Source: a virus
Taxonomy: Duplodnaviria; Caudoviricetes
Reading direction: 5' to 3' (one strand)
DNA length: 54,090 nt
Virus record (IMG/VR): IMGVR_UViG_3300048011_000746
Span: 1 to 54,090 of that record
Part shown: in pieces, positions 8,267 to 17,672 of the stretch
Numbering within the stretch: position 1 is the stretch's first letter
How the letters are laid out: each line of letters opens with the position of its first letter
Program-made: the position numbers and the translations under genes
Notes under the pieces: generated by a model
The model's input: the letters and a program-made list of their open reading frames with translations, nothing else
What the model was told of the DNA's origin: nothing
Databases searched by the model: none

Positions 8267-8946
8267 TACAGTTTTGCTTCCTGTGCAACTTGTTTTACTA
8301 GCTCTACATCTTTAGGAGTTCGTTTGAATCTCATAGCCCAGTGACTGGGATCCAACACGTTTCCTAACATGCCTAGTTGTTCTTCTGTGAGATTGCCCAA
8401 GCACTCTCTTCCACTCTTACAATTTAGTACCAGCCACGGCGATACTTTTCCGTCTTTTATATCCCATGTAATTCTATTTGCACTTGCATAAAAAAAGTAG
8501 TGATTCCACACGCTGTTCTTTTCTTCTGCCCAGTCTACCATTGTTTTAATACTGCGCTCTAATGCTGTTTCAACTCCTTCTTTGCGAATAAGTTCAACTG
8601 CATATTTTTCATACATTTCTTCTCTACACCAGTGATCAAGTTTTACATTGCTAGTAACAACATAATCAATATACTTGTCTGGATACAGTGGCTTTGCATT
8701 ATTTATAAAACTGCCAAACTTGACAAACGCATTGTAGAAACTGCTCTTTGCAAATTCTTCATAGGTTTTATCTTTTTTATGTCCTGCGCTGAGTTTGTAA
8801 AATCTTTGAAAAGCATAAAAGCCAATAGTAACACGTTTTTCATCTTTTTGCAACCATCGACGTTTTGGCTCACACACATGTGCCAACAGTGTGCTTTCTT
8901 TAACATAACTTTTGTTGCAATATTCACATGTGTGTTTAGATGTCAA
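8266..8946 (-). CDS. Zinc-finger protein, possibly a gp59-like helicase loader
   Basis: N-terminal CEYC...HVC. The helical body with GKVSPW weakly recalls gp59. Start refined to TTG at 8946. Confidence 0.55.
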   Translation of the reverse strand: MTSKHTCEYCNKSYVKESTLLAHVCEPKRRWLQKDEKRVTIGFYAFQRFYKLSAGHKKDKTYEEFAKSSFYNAFVKFGSFINNAKPLYPDKYIDYVVTSNVKLDHWCREEMYEKYAVELIRKEGVETALERSIKTMVDWAEEKNSVWNHYFFYASANRITWDIKDGKVSPWLVLNCKSGRECLGNLTEEQLGMLGNVLDPSHWAMRFKRTPKDVELVKQVAQEAKL

Positions 8947-9427
8947 TTTTTTCGTAACCGTGTTCTTTGGCGAGCTCGCGGATTTCTTTTTTTGTAGATA
9001 TTCTAGCAAGTAAATCGACCTCATCTTGTTTCATGTTTGGATATATTTGTGACAATAGTTTTGCTGCTTTGCTGCTATCGTCTTTTTTCTTTTTAAGACC
9101 AATCCACGGATGGAATTGACTTTTGCGCTTGTCGCCTTCTTTCATACGTAAATCCGCAGCAACACACAGCAGCTGGTATTGTAGCTTGTTGTGATTGGTG
9201 CCGCCCAACACATTCCAGTTTTTGTTGTAGTATTCATTTACTTTAAAAATTGCAAGAGCCTGCTGATCGGTGCTGCCTTTTACACTGCTTATGTACCGAT
9301 TCAAGTTCCACAAGTCGCCCTTAATATCTTTCTTACCGACATCCGTGGCAGCATCATATAGATCTTTGTACCCCATATCAATGCTGGGTATTAACACTTT
9401 AAATAAGTCTAATTCTTTGTTTGCCAC
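8936..9427 (-). CDS. Putative clamp-loader small subunit (gp62-like)
   Basis: The pattern LNRYIS...NE...KLQYQLL...FHPWI.KKK resembles gp62. Confidence 0.5.
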   Translation of the reverse strand: MANKELDLFKVLIPSIDMGYKDLYDAATDVGKKDIKGDLWNLNRYISSVKGSTDQQALAIFKVNEYYNKNWNVLGGTNHNKLQYQLLCVAADLRMKEGDKRKSQFHPWIGLKKKKDDSSKAAKLLSQIYPNMKQDEVDLLARISTKKEIRELAKEHGYEKIDI

Positions 9428-10092
9428 GTGATAACATCCTCTGGTGTATTAATCTCTACTCCATTAAAGTATACACTCTGTGCGCCAATTTGCCAACCGC
9501 TTTTTAGCCAGCGCAACTGTTCAAGTGATTCAACAGTTTCTTCTTGTGTAACTTTTAAACTAGGGTAAGCTATTAGTGCATGACGCTTGTATCCGTACAC
9601 TCCTAGATGCCATTCGCCGTATCCTGTTATACCTCTACCAAACCATAGTGCTTGATTAGGATAGGCATGTATCATCTTAACCGAGTTCGGATCGGCTTGC
9701 ATCTCTTTGGGCATGTCAGTGTACACTGTGCTTACAGAATAGTTATAGGATAGGCTTTCGGCACACTTTTCAATCATCTCAACTGTTACATCGGGCATGT
9801 CGCCTTGCACATTAATAAACGTGTCGTACTGTGCAAAGAAGTTGTTCTTGATAGCACCTGCACATCTTTCTGTACCGTTTGCATAATCTGTTGGATCAAT
9901 CCAACACTTGTTAGGACCAAACAGTTCGTATATGCGCATGTCGTCTGTAAGCACGTATGTTGGTATCTTAGACGCTGTACAAGCGTCATACACACGCCTA
10001 ATCATAGGAACACCATCTAACAGTGCCAACGGCTTTCCAGGGTAGCGTGTGCTACCGTATCTAGCCGGTATAAGAATAGCGGTGGATGTCAT
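9409..10092 (-). CDS. kdsB: CMP-Kdo synthetase (3-deoxy-manno-octulosonate cytidylyltransferase)
   Basis: IPARYGSTRYPGKPL, NGTER, NVQGD, HLGVYGY, LEQLR and INTPED; GAGGAGG RBS. Confidence 0.95.
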   Translation of the reverse strand: MTSTAILIPARYGSTRYPGKPLALLDGVPMIRRVYDACTASKIPTYVLTDDMRIYELFGPNKCWIDPTDYANGTERCAGAIKNNFFAQYDTFINVQGDMPDVTVEMIEKCAESLSYNYSVSTVYTDMPKEMQADPNSVKMIHAYPNQALWFGRGITGYGEWHLGVYGYKRHALIAYPSLKVTQEETVESLEQLRWLKSGWQIGAQSVYFNGVEINTPEDVITWQTKN

Positions 10093-10834
10093 CAACTACC
10101 TCCTCAAAGTCTTCTAGTCTCACCATATTAGGACCGTCACTGGGTGCGTTGTCTGGATCAGGATGTACTTCTAAAAAGAAACTTGATACACCCATAGCAC
10201 TAGCGGCACGACAAAGGGGCTGAACATGATCCCTGTTACCGCCACTGCTACCGCCCAGTCCTCCAGGTTTTTGTACCGAGTGCGTAACATCGTATACAAA
10301 TCCGCTACCAAGAAGGTTAAGCAAAATGTGCATACCAGTGAAATCGTTAACCAAGGTGTTATATCCAAAACTTGTACCTCTTTCTGTAATCCATACTTCC
10401 TTTGCACCTTCAGTTTTGCTTAAGATACCTTCAACGTCCCACGGTGCTAAGAACTGTCCTTTTTTAATATTTACAATCATATCTGTGTTAACTGCGGCAG
10501 TGATTAAATCTGTTTGTCTACAAAGGAATGCTGGAATTTGTAATACATCAACTGCATCTTCAAACTCGTCTCTAATAGTATACACTTGCCGCTCGTCATG
10601 TACATCTGTAAGTGTGTTTACGCCTAATGTATTTTTAAGTTCTCTAAAATCAAATAGTGTAGAATAAAGTCCTTGTCCACGTTCGCCACTGACACTTGTG
10701 CGATTTGCTTTGTCGTAACTGGCTTTAAAGTAATATTCGATGCCATACTTGTCACACACACGTTTACACTCACGTGCAATCTCTGCACTCTGTCCTAGTG
10801 ACTCGTGTTGACACGGTCCTGCAATAATTCTCAT
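10061..10834 (-). CDS. kdsA: Kdo-8-phosphate synthase
   Basis: IAGPC, KASYDKANRTS, QIPAFLCRQTDL, KKGQF, ERG.SFGY, DVTHSVQ.PG and SDG. Confidence 0.96.
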   Translation of the reverse strand: MRIIAGPCQHESLGQSAEIARECKRVCDKYGIEYYFKASYDKANRTSVSGERGQGLYSTLFDFRELKNTLGVNTLTDVHDERQVYTIRDEFEDAVDVLQIPAFLCRQTDLITAAVNTDMIVNIKKGQFLAPWDVEGILSKTEGAKEVWITERGTSFGYNTLVNDFTGMHILLNLLGSGFVYDVTHSVQKPGGLGGSSGGNRDHVQPLCRAASAMGVSSFFLEVHPDPDNAPSDGPNMVRLEDFEEVVDDIHRYSYTG

Positions 10835-11097
10835 TCGCTGTCCTTTAATATGTAATATGTTGTAACTAGTTGCTCAAGTTGTTTTTTTAATGTTGGATGA
10901 ATGTTTGCTAAATCACTAAGGTGTCTCCATTGCGCATAATCCAATAATGGTTCTTTGCCTACATCTCTTCCTATTTCCCAACGTCCAGGATACAAAGATT
11001 TTTTAGGATCGTCTCGAAATTTTGCATACGTTACTCCGTTTGCTTTTTCGTATATAAGAGCTTCTCCGGCTAAGTCTTCGTTTTTAGGACGTAACAT
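10831..11097 (-). CDS. Hypothetical protein
   Basis: 88-aa ORF coupled to both neighbours. Confidence 0.65.
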   Translation of the reverse strand: MLRPKNEDLAGEALIYEKANGVTYAKFRDDPKKSLYPGRWEIGRDVGKEPLLDYAQWRHLSDLANIHPTLKKQLEQLVTTYYILKDSE

Positions 11098-11888
11098 TAT
11101 TTCCTCATTCCACTAAACGTTGTCTTTTTAAATTTCTCGTTGTCATTTTTAAGGCTAGAAATTAGATCAAAGTTTAAGTTATTTTTTTCTAATGTATGAG
11201 CTAATGCTGCAACATCTTTGGGCAAACACATTCCACCGTATCCTCGTAATCTTTTGTTTACATCAAGGTACATGTTTTTGGTTTTGCCTGTGTGTACATA
11301 TGCGTCTTTTACTTGCGAGTAATCACAATCAAACTTTTCACACAATTCATAAAATACATTAGCAAACACAATACGTAATGCTGCATAGCTGTTGTTGAAG
11401 TACTTGAGTATTTCTGCTTCTGTAGGCGCTAGTTGTTTTACTGCTTTGGGCAAATGGCCGTGTGCTTCGACAATCTTTTTGTACACGTACGGGTCGTCTG
11501 TGCCAATTGCCAGCAGTTCGTGATTGTTGATAAAGTCGTCTGCCGCAGCACGTTCACGTAAAAATTCTGGAGCACAGCATATTGTGAGAGATGAATAATT
11601 ATCAATCATTCTTTCAGTAAACCCTGGTTCAACTGTACTTCTTATACAAACTACACCTTGATAGTTTATTTCTTTTAGTTCTACAAGAACACTTTCAATA
11701 ACACTAGTATCACACGCACCATCTACTTCCGGAGTAGGCAAACACAAGAATACAACCTCAGTGTCTACTACATCATCTATTGTGGTATCAAACTTTACAT
11801 CGTGTTCTACCACTTCGTGATTTAGCAATCTAAATCCTGTTGCGTTTGCATTGCCTACAACGCCCATTCCGATAATACCTAATTTCAT
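11097..11888 (-). CDS. UDP-glucose/GDP-mannose dehydrogenase family protein lacking the C-terminal domain
   Basis: GMGVVG, CLPTP, RSTVEPG, PEFLRE, AEILKY and catalytic GYGGMCLPKD. Confidence 0.88.
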   Translation of the reverse strand: MKLGIIGMGVVGNANATGFRLLNHEVVEHDVKFDTTIDDVVDTEVVFLCLPTPEVDGACDTSVIESVLVELKEINYQGVVCIRSTVEPGFTERMIDNYSSLTICCAPEFLRERAAADDFINNHELLAIGTDDPYVYKKIVEAHGHLPKAVKQLAPTEAEILKYFNNSYAALRIVFANVFYELCEKFDCDYSQVKDAYVHTGKTKNMYLDVNKRLRGYGGMCLPKDVAALAHTLEKNNLNFDLISSLKNDNEKFKKTTFSGMRK

Positions 11889-12748
11889 AATAAACTTTCC
11901 ACTGTTTTTCTCAACCCTGTTTGCAAAGGTGTATAATCTTCAAACCCTGTTAGCTGTCTAACAAGTGTTGTATCCGGACATCTGCGAGTTGCACTGCCCT
12001 TTGGTGAGCCAAACACTTGTAGTTTGTCCGGATCGATTCCCATGATGCCCATGATCATTTTTGCCACCGTTGCAATTTTAACTTCGTCGCAGTTGCCTAC
12101 GTTTACAGTTGCATTGCTGTGATTGCGCACCAGCATATCGGTCATACGTACAGCATCGTCTACATAGCAAAAACTTCTTGTGTCGTTGCCGTTGATATAG
12201 TATTCACCTGCCTTGCAACGTTCGACAAACTCATTAACAAAGTGGTCTACTTGACCAGGTCCGTATACATTGAAGTAGCGTATGATGAGATATTCTAACC
12301 CACTGTTGGCAACTAGGTTTTCGCCGAGAGCTTTTGGAATACTATAACTCCATCTTGGATTTTGTATGTCTTTAAACATAATCGGTACTTGCTCATCAGT
12401 TGGAATAGGGTAATAACCTTCATCGATTGCTCCGTTGAATATTTCGCATGTGCTTGCAAACACAAACTTTGTATCAGTATCTTTGTATCGCTGTATGAGA
12501 TTAACAGTTGGAAGTGTGTTGTTGATTAGTACATCAGTGGGTTTTTGATAAAACAATCGTGTGCCATTGGTTGCAGCAAGGTGCACAACAACGTCAAAGT
12601 CCGGCATGTGTTTTGTAACATCCGGATTTGCTAAATCTTCGCCTCTAATTTTTATATCACACGGAACAACATCTGCGTTGTTTTGTTTTAGGTAGTTGTA
12701 GTAATGACTACCTATAAACCCATGTGAACCAGTTACTAATGTTTTCAT
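11885..12748 (-). CDS. NAD-dependent nucleotide-sugar epimerase/dehydratase (extended SDR)
   Basis: TGSHGFIG, HLAA, YSIPK (YxxxK), RYFNVYGP and RSFCYVDD. Confidence 0.9.
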   Translation of the reverse strand: MKTLVTGSHGFIGSHYYNYLKQNNADVVPCDIKIRGEDLANPDVTKHMPDFDVVVHLAATNGTRLFYQKPTDVLINNTLPTVNLIQRYKDTDTKFVFASTCEIFNGAIDEGYYPIPTDEQVPIMFKDIQNPRWSYSIPKALGENLVANSGLEYLIIRYFNVYGPGQVDHFVNEFVERCKAGEYYINGNDTRSFCYVDDAVRMTDMLVRNHSNATVNVGNCDEVKIATVAKMIMGIMGIDPDKLQVFGSPKGSATRRCPDTTLVRQLTGFEDYTPLQTGLRKTVESLL

Positions 12749-13452
12749 ATCCAATTTGCGTCTTCTTTGTTTTTTGATGCTGTATAAAACCTTTCAGGTT
12801 TAATCATAGTGCTGTGAATATCAAAATCAGTTTCAATATGCTGTTGCATGTAATTAGCAAATTCAATGTTTTGCTGGTAGCTCATATGACAAGGCCTAAA
12901 GTCCTCGTCCTCAGGAAGGTTTAAATTATTATAATCTATTTTACTTATATTAAACATTGAGCCGTAATGTAGTGTAGGAAAATCAAACGCAAAAATAATA
13001 TGAGCATCTGGACGCAAATATTTAATACTATCTAAATATGCTGTATGGTACATGATGTTACTATCGTAATATACACTTTTGTTAATTTCGCCTTTGATAG
13101 TGTTTATCAAACGCTTGTTCCAAGTTTCAGCAGGTTTTGAAAATGTGTTCGGCACATCCTCGTCATTGTTCATTGATTTTAAATCTGCAATACTAGAATT
13201 TTGATAGAATGCCAAATGTAAAATTCTATTGTTTTTTGTTGTAAAAATGCTGCCACGACTGGTGCTAGTTACAACAAAAATAATCATATTGTGTAAATGG
13301 TTGTATTTTCTAAATTGATGATACGAATAATCAAAACTACTGCCGCCTACACTGTAATTTGTAAATTCTTTGTTTATATTTGTAGACAGACAAGAAATCC
13401 ACGAGTTTGGATAATCTAGTGCATAACTGTCACCAAAAATACCAATAGTCAT
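12745..13452 (-). CDS. Putative SGNH/GDSL-like protein (acyl esterase or transferase)
   Basis: N-terminal IFGDSY, block II-like NYSVGGSS, and a late His (PCH). Confidence 0.5.
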   Translation of the reverse strand: MTIGIFGDSYALDYPNSWISCLSTNINKEFTNYSVGGSSFDYSYHQFRKYNHLHNMIIFVVTSTSRGSIFTTKNNRILHLAFYQNSSIADLKSMNNDEDVPNTFSKPAETWNKRLINTIKGEINKSVYYDSNIMYHTAYLDSIKYLRPDAHIIFAFDFPTLHYGSMFNISKIDYNNLNLPEDEDFRPCHMSYQQNIEFANYMQQHIETDFDIHSTMIKPERFYTASKNKEDANWI

Positions 13453-14171
13453 TTAGAGTTCCTTATATATCTTTTTGCAGGCTTGCCCTTGTGATGAATC
13501 ATAAAATTGTTCATCAACGATTCGTTCATCGGCGTGTGCGTAGTTTTATTATACGCTATGTTTGAAAGATTGTAAACCTTTTTAAAATGACTTGCTGCTA
13601 ACATGCAAACTTGTCCGTCATACCATAATTCAATCTCTTTGGGTTTTGTATCTACAGTATAATAATGTTCATACAACTCCACGAACTTTGTATAATCTTT
13701 GTGAGCAGTATCTAAAATTACATAGCCGCTTTCTGCACTATATCCAGGCTTGTTTAAATAACTGTGATCAAACAATCCAATTAAATTTTTGTTGATAGTT
13801 TTAAGAAAAAAATCAACACTTGTGTGTTTTAAAAATTGTATGTCTGCATCGATCCACACTAGATATCTAGTGTCAACTGTTTTCATTGCATGCAAAAACG
13901 CAAAACCTTTTTTTGCAAACTTGATATTTTTTGCATCATCGGTTTTGCGTTTGTATGCTTGCCATGCAGACTTACAACTGACATTCCAATCGTAGTATGT
14001 TATTCTGTTGTCCAAAGGCAAAGAACATATTATGTTTTCTGCATATATTCTAAGTTCAAAATCTTTTGGTGTATACTGTAGAAAACTGTCAATCATAGTT
14101 GCTCCTACTACATCAAAATATTCTTGATTCATAGTAGAAGCAAAGGTAAAATTAGTTGACTTCTGTACCAC
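13449..14171 (-). CDS. GT-A fold glycosyltransferase
   Basis: VWIDAD (DxD), ESGY, WYD and HHKG; paralog of 18545 and 21058. The exact start is uncertain. Confidence 0.75.
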   Translation of the reverse strand: MVQKSTNFTFASTMNQEYFDVVGATMIDSFLQYTPKDFELRIYAENIICSLPLDNRITYYDWNVSCKSAWQAYKRKTDDAKNIKFAKKGFAFLHAMKTVDTRYLVWIDADIQFLKHTSVDFFLKTINKNLIGLFDHSYLNKPGYSAESGYVILDTAHKDYTKFVELYEHYYTVDTKPKEIELWYDGQVCMLAASHFKKVYNLSNIAYNKTTHTPMNESLMNNFMIHHKGKPAKRYIRNSK

Positions 14172-14499
14172 TTGTGCGTCTTACAATATCATCGTGATTG
14201 AATTCAGCCCAGTACAGTTCAAATGCTACACCGTCTTCGACGCCTTCAAACTGATGAATCTTACCTGGCTTGACTTGTGTAAAGTCGCCTGGGCCTAAAA
14301 TAGTTTCATCTACTAGTCCTTGATCATCTTGCCATACACGAACAATCATCTTGCCCGACTCTACAAAGAACCCATTCCATTTAAACTGGTGTTCGTGTTC
14401 ACTGCACTTGTATCCTGCTTTGTATTCAATACGGTGAAACTCTAGTACACCGTTTGCGTGGATCAGTTCTGTCTGACCCCAAATCTTTCCTGCCTTCAT
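14152..14499 (-). CDS. Cupin-domain protein (sugar isomerase-like)
   Basis: CSEHEH...FFVESG and LGPGD...PG..HQF cupin motifs. Confidence 0.8.
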   Translation of the reverse strand: MKAGKIWGQTELIHANGVLEFHRIEYKAGYKCSEHEHQFKWNGFFVESGKMIVRVWQDDQGLVDETILGPGDFTQVKPGKIHQFEGVEDGVAFELYWAEFNHDDIVRRTSGTEVN

Positions 14500-14507
14500 G
14501 TTGTCTC

Positions 14508-15014
14508 CTATAATAGTTTACCAAAGTCAATAACTTCACTTTGTCTGTTTATATCTTTTACAAAAAATGCACATTCAGGCTTGTGTCCTTGTGTAATAGG
14601 AACACTCAACAAGTGTCCGTTGCGCATCTTAGGAAAGAACCATTTTACATCATTGTAAAAATTAACAGTTTCAATTTTTCCAAATTTAGGATGTGTACCT
14701 GTTAACGGATTGAATAAAAATGCTTCAAAGCCTCTATCATTTAAACTAGTCAAAGGCAATACTTCTAAATCGCTGCCTGCTTGACTACATCCTACTGCTA
14801 GGCACCAATCCAGTGGCATTGTAAGCTCGTGTCCGTTGATCTCTAATACAATTGCCGGCGAATTAAAACTTTCTAAAAAAATCAACGGATTAAAGAAGAA
14901 ATCTGGATCGTCGGCGTTGCTGTTGTCTAGTACTGCAAATCGTATATCGTCTTCGATATTGTCAGGCAATTTGTTTAATTCAAATGATGTGTTTTCTAGT
15001 GTGAGTATTCTCAT
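14508..15014 (-). CDS. Hypothetical protein with a possible degenerate Hint (intein-like) fold
   Basis: 168-aa ORF directly after UvsW. Residue spacing resembles Hint blocks, but the catalytic residues are missing. Confidence 0.55.
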   Translation of the reverse strand: MRILTLENTSFELNKLPDNIEDDIRFAVLDNSNADDPDFFFNPLIFLESFNSPAIVLEINGHELTMPLDWCLAVGCSQAGSDLEVLPLTSLNDRGFEAFLFNPLTGTHPKFGKIETVNFYNDVKWFFPKMRNGHLLSVPITQGHKPECAFFVKDINRQSEVIDFGKLL

Positions 15015-16478
15015 TTATTTCCATTCCACTTTTTCGATTGTGAATGGGTACTGCGCCTCTTTGTAAAACTTTTTACGGTGAGTAAGGTGCCGCTTCGCAT
15101 ACTTACAAGTACTTGTAAGATCCCATATTTGTACGAAGTCTTTGTCCTTTGCCTTTCTTACGCCTCTACCAATTGATTGAATAACTCTTACAAAACTTTT
15201 TCCTGGCTCAATGAGAACAAGATTAAAAATACGAGGAATGTTAAGTCCAACTGCTGCAACTCCATATGTAGCAATAATTACTTCATTGGTTCCTTCGCGG
15301 ATTGTATCGTATGTTTCTTTCCTGTCTTTGTTCTTAACAGCACCGCTTACAAACGTGCTGCCTGGAATAAGTTCTGCAAGCATTTCGCCTGCGCTAATTC
15401 TATCTACTAGTATAAGTGTGTTGCCTGATTCCTTAACTGTGTTAAGTAGTTTGCCTATATATTCTATTCTTGCCTGATTGGTAACAAGATATTTTAATTC
15501 CTCTTGATATCCGCTGTGTGCTACAGTATCAATTAGCTGCACAACATTGACATGACATTCTGACAGTACGCCTTTGTCTTGTAATTCTTTTGCTGTAATC
15601 TGTCCAATTACAGGACCTAAGCTAGCATGAATACTTTCAAACTCAAACTTCTCTTTAGGCACTGTGCCAGTTAGTCCCCAGCGGATTGGAGCGTTACGTA
15701 GGTTGCGAGTGAGCAGGTTCTTAAGCACCTCTGCTTTGGCTTGGTGTACTTCGTCAACAATAACAGTGCTTACACCTTCCAAGAACTCAGCCAATGATAA
15801 CACTGCTGATCCGTCCTTGTGCTTCTTGTCGAGAATATTCAAACTCTGCCAAGTGCAAATAGTGTGAGTCTTACCTAGTTGCTTTCTGTCTCCGAAGTAC
15901 ACTCCTACGTCCAACCCACAGTTAATATAGTCTTCTTCAGTTTGCTCAACAAGGCTTTTGTTGGGTACAATAACCAAACTACGTCCATACTTTTCACTCA
16001 TGTGTGATAGCGTTGCTGTAGTAATAGTCTTACCTGCGCCTGTTGCAATCTGCTGTAGACTCTGTGGATTGTTTGCAAAGTTGTTGATTGCTTCTACTTG
16101 ATAGTCGCGTAAAATAATTTCTTCGCCGGCTACTGGATGACCTTCTGGCCAGCATACTCCTTGGTCTGCCCAATAGCGTTCTGTAACTTGTGGAAAGTTT
16201 AAGTCAATAGGATGTCTACGGTCATCAATGTCGACTATCTGTACATTGTTTTTTGCCAGCACTTCACTAACAACATCAAGGTGGTTGACATACCCTGTGC
16301 CGCCAATACCAAAGAAAGCAACCTTGCCATCCCAGCGTCCTAGTTTGTACTGGGGCATATATTTTGCATACGGCACTTCAAACTTGAGAGCATTTGCCAG
16401 CTTACGACGAACATCTACATCAAGGCCTTCGATCTTGATGTTTACCTCGTCTTCGATAATCAGTTTACAAGTAGGCAC
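15015..16478 (-). CDS. uvsW: SF2 DNA helicase, UvsW-like
   Basis: LRDYQ, ATGAGKT, DEVH, GLTGT and QSIGRGVR. GTG start with a GGAGAG RBS. Confidence 0.9.
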   Translation of the reverse strand: MPTCKLIIEDEVNIKIEGLDVDVRRKLANALKFEVPYAKYMPQYKLGRWDGKVAFFGIGGTGYVNHLDVVSEVLAKNNVQIVDIDDRRHPIDLNFPQVTERYWADQGVCWPEGHPVAGEEIILRDYQVEAINNFANNPQSLQQIATGAGKTITTATLSHMSEKYGRSLVIVPNKSLVEQTEEDYINCGLDVGVYFGDRKQLGKTHTICTWQSLNILDKKHKDGSAVLSLAEFLEGVSTVIVDEVHQAKAEVLKNLLTRNLRNAPIRWGLTGTVPKEKFEFESIHASLGPVIGQITAKELQDKGVLSECHVNVVQLIDTVAHSGYQEELKYLVTNQARIEYIGKLLNTVKESGNTLILVDRISAGEMLAELIPGSTFVSGAVKNKDRKETYDTIREGTNEVIIATYGVAAVGLNIPRIFNLVLIEPGKSFVRVIQSIGRGVRKAKDKDFVQIWDLTSTCKYAKRHLTHRKKFYKEAQYPFTIEKVEWK

Positions 16479-17637
16479 TATTAGCTCTCCAAAAATAACT
16501 TTTTTCTGTATCGTGTGCAATTGTTAAATCGCACTTGTCGTTAACATATATAGCAACAAGTGTAGTTGCTCTAGTACTTGTTAACATTAGTGTGCATTGT
16601 GGTACCCAATCTTCTTTAACTAAAAGTTTAGGTAGTTTATTCTTACTAATATACACTACTTTTGTAGTGTTGTCAAGCCAATTGTTCAATTGCTTGTCTT
16701 TAACAAAATCGTTGAAGTTATAATCGTCGGAGCCATCAACTCTTGTTAGTGCACAATGCTGATTACTAGGTATTAGATATTTTAACGAGTTATAAACTCT
16801 AGTTATTTGATCTAACTCAAGTCCTTGATCTAATGTCACTAGCAAAGGAAATCTATCTAGTTCATGTATACTTGAGATGACTTTATCCAAGGAATATTGT
16901 TGTGAATTTGCAACAATAGTATTTTCAGTTCTATTGCATATTTCACCGACAAGGCCGCTAGGTGTCTCGCCTGTAATATATTCGATACCCAGTTGCTTTT
17001 TTCTGTCAATAAGTTGAACTAGAGATAAATCATCAGTTAGGTACGATATATCATTTTTAAAATTTTGAAGTTCGCCATTCCACAATCCAGGAATATGATT
17101 TTTTGGATTGTTCTTTATATCAGCTACTTCACGATAAACAGTCAACAACTCGTTGTCAATATCAAAATCTTTTTTTGAAAATTCATCCAGCAAGTCTAAT
17201 ATTACATTAGGTGTAAATTTAAAATAATGTTCATGCGAACCTTTGGCATGATAATATATATTTCTGTATTTGTTTGCAATTGTTTCTAAACTTATAATTG
17301 TCTTTTTAGAAAAAGGAAATCTCACTTTGATCCATTGCCAATTACTTTTATAAGATTCATATACTTGTTTAGATTCATAGACTTCGACATTGTCTACAAT
17401 TTTAATGTACTTGCTGCGATCTATTTCTCGCAAAGGCATTCTAGTAGGTTCGTTGCCGGTGAACAACTCTAGTTCTGCAACTTCGAGCAACTTGGATTTT
17501 ACCAACTCATATTGGCGATCAGTGAGTGCTGTTCCTTTGTTGCACTGCCTATTGATGCTTTCGAGTATTTGCTTGTTGTTGTCAGAAACGCCGATTGTTT
17601 CCACGTAGTGCTGTAAGTAATCTTCAATGTAAATCAT
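16465..17637 (-). CDS. Hypothetical protein, first gene of the uvsW operon
   Basis: 390-aa ORF with its own sigma70-type promoter. Confidence 0.75.
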   Translation of the reverse strand: MIYIEDYLQHYVETIGVSDNNKQILESINRQCNKGTALTDRQYELVKSKLLEVAELELFTGNEPTRMPLREIDRSKYIKIVDNVEVYESKQVYESYKSNWQWIKVRFPFSKKTIISLETIANKYRNIYYHAKGSHEHYFKFTPNVILDLLDEFSKKDFDIDNELLTVYREVADIKNNPKNHIPGLWNGELQNFKNDISYLTDDLSLVQLIDRKKQLGIEYITGETPSGLVGEICNRTENTIVANSQQYSLDKVISSIHELDRFPLLVTLDQGLELDQITRVYNSLKYLIPSNQHCALTRVDGSDDYNFNDFVKDKQLNNWLDNTTKVVYISKNKLPKLLVKEDWVPQCTLMLTSTRATTLVAIYVNDKCDLTIAHDTEKSYFWRANSAYL

Positions 17638-17643
17638 ACTGTT

Positions 17644-17672
17644 AATATAACAGATTATAGGTTAGGTGTCAA
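17644..17672 (-). promoter_or_regulatory. Sigma70-type promoter, probably leaderless
   Basis: TTGACA-N17-TATATT followed by 6 nt and then the ATG at 17637. Confidence 0.7.
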
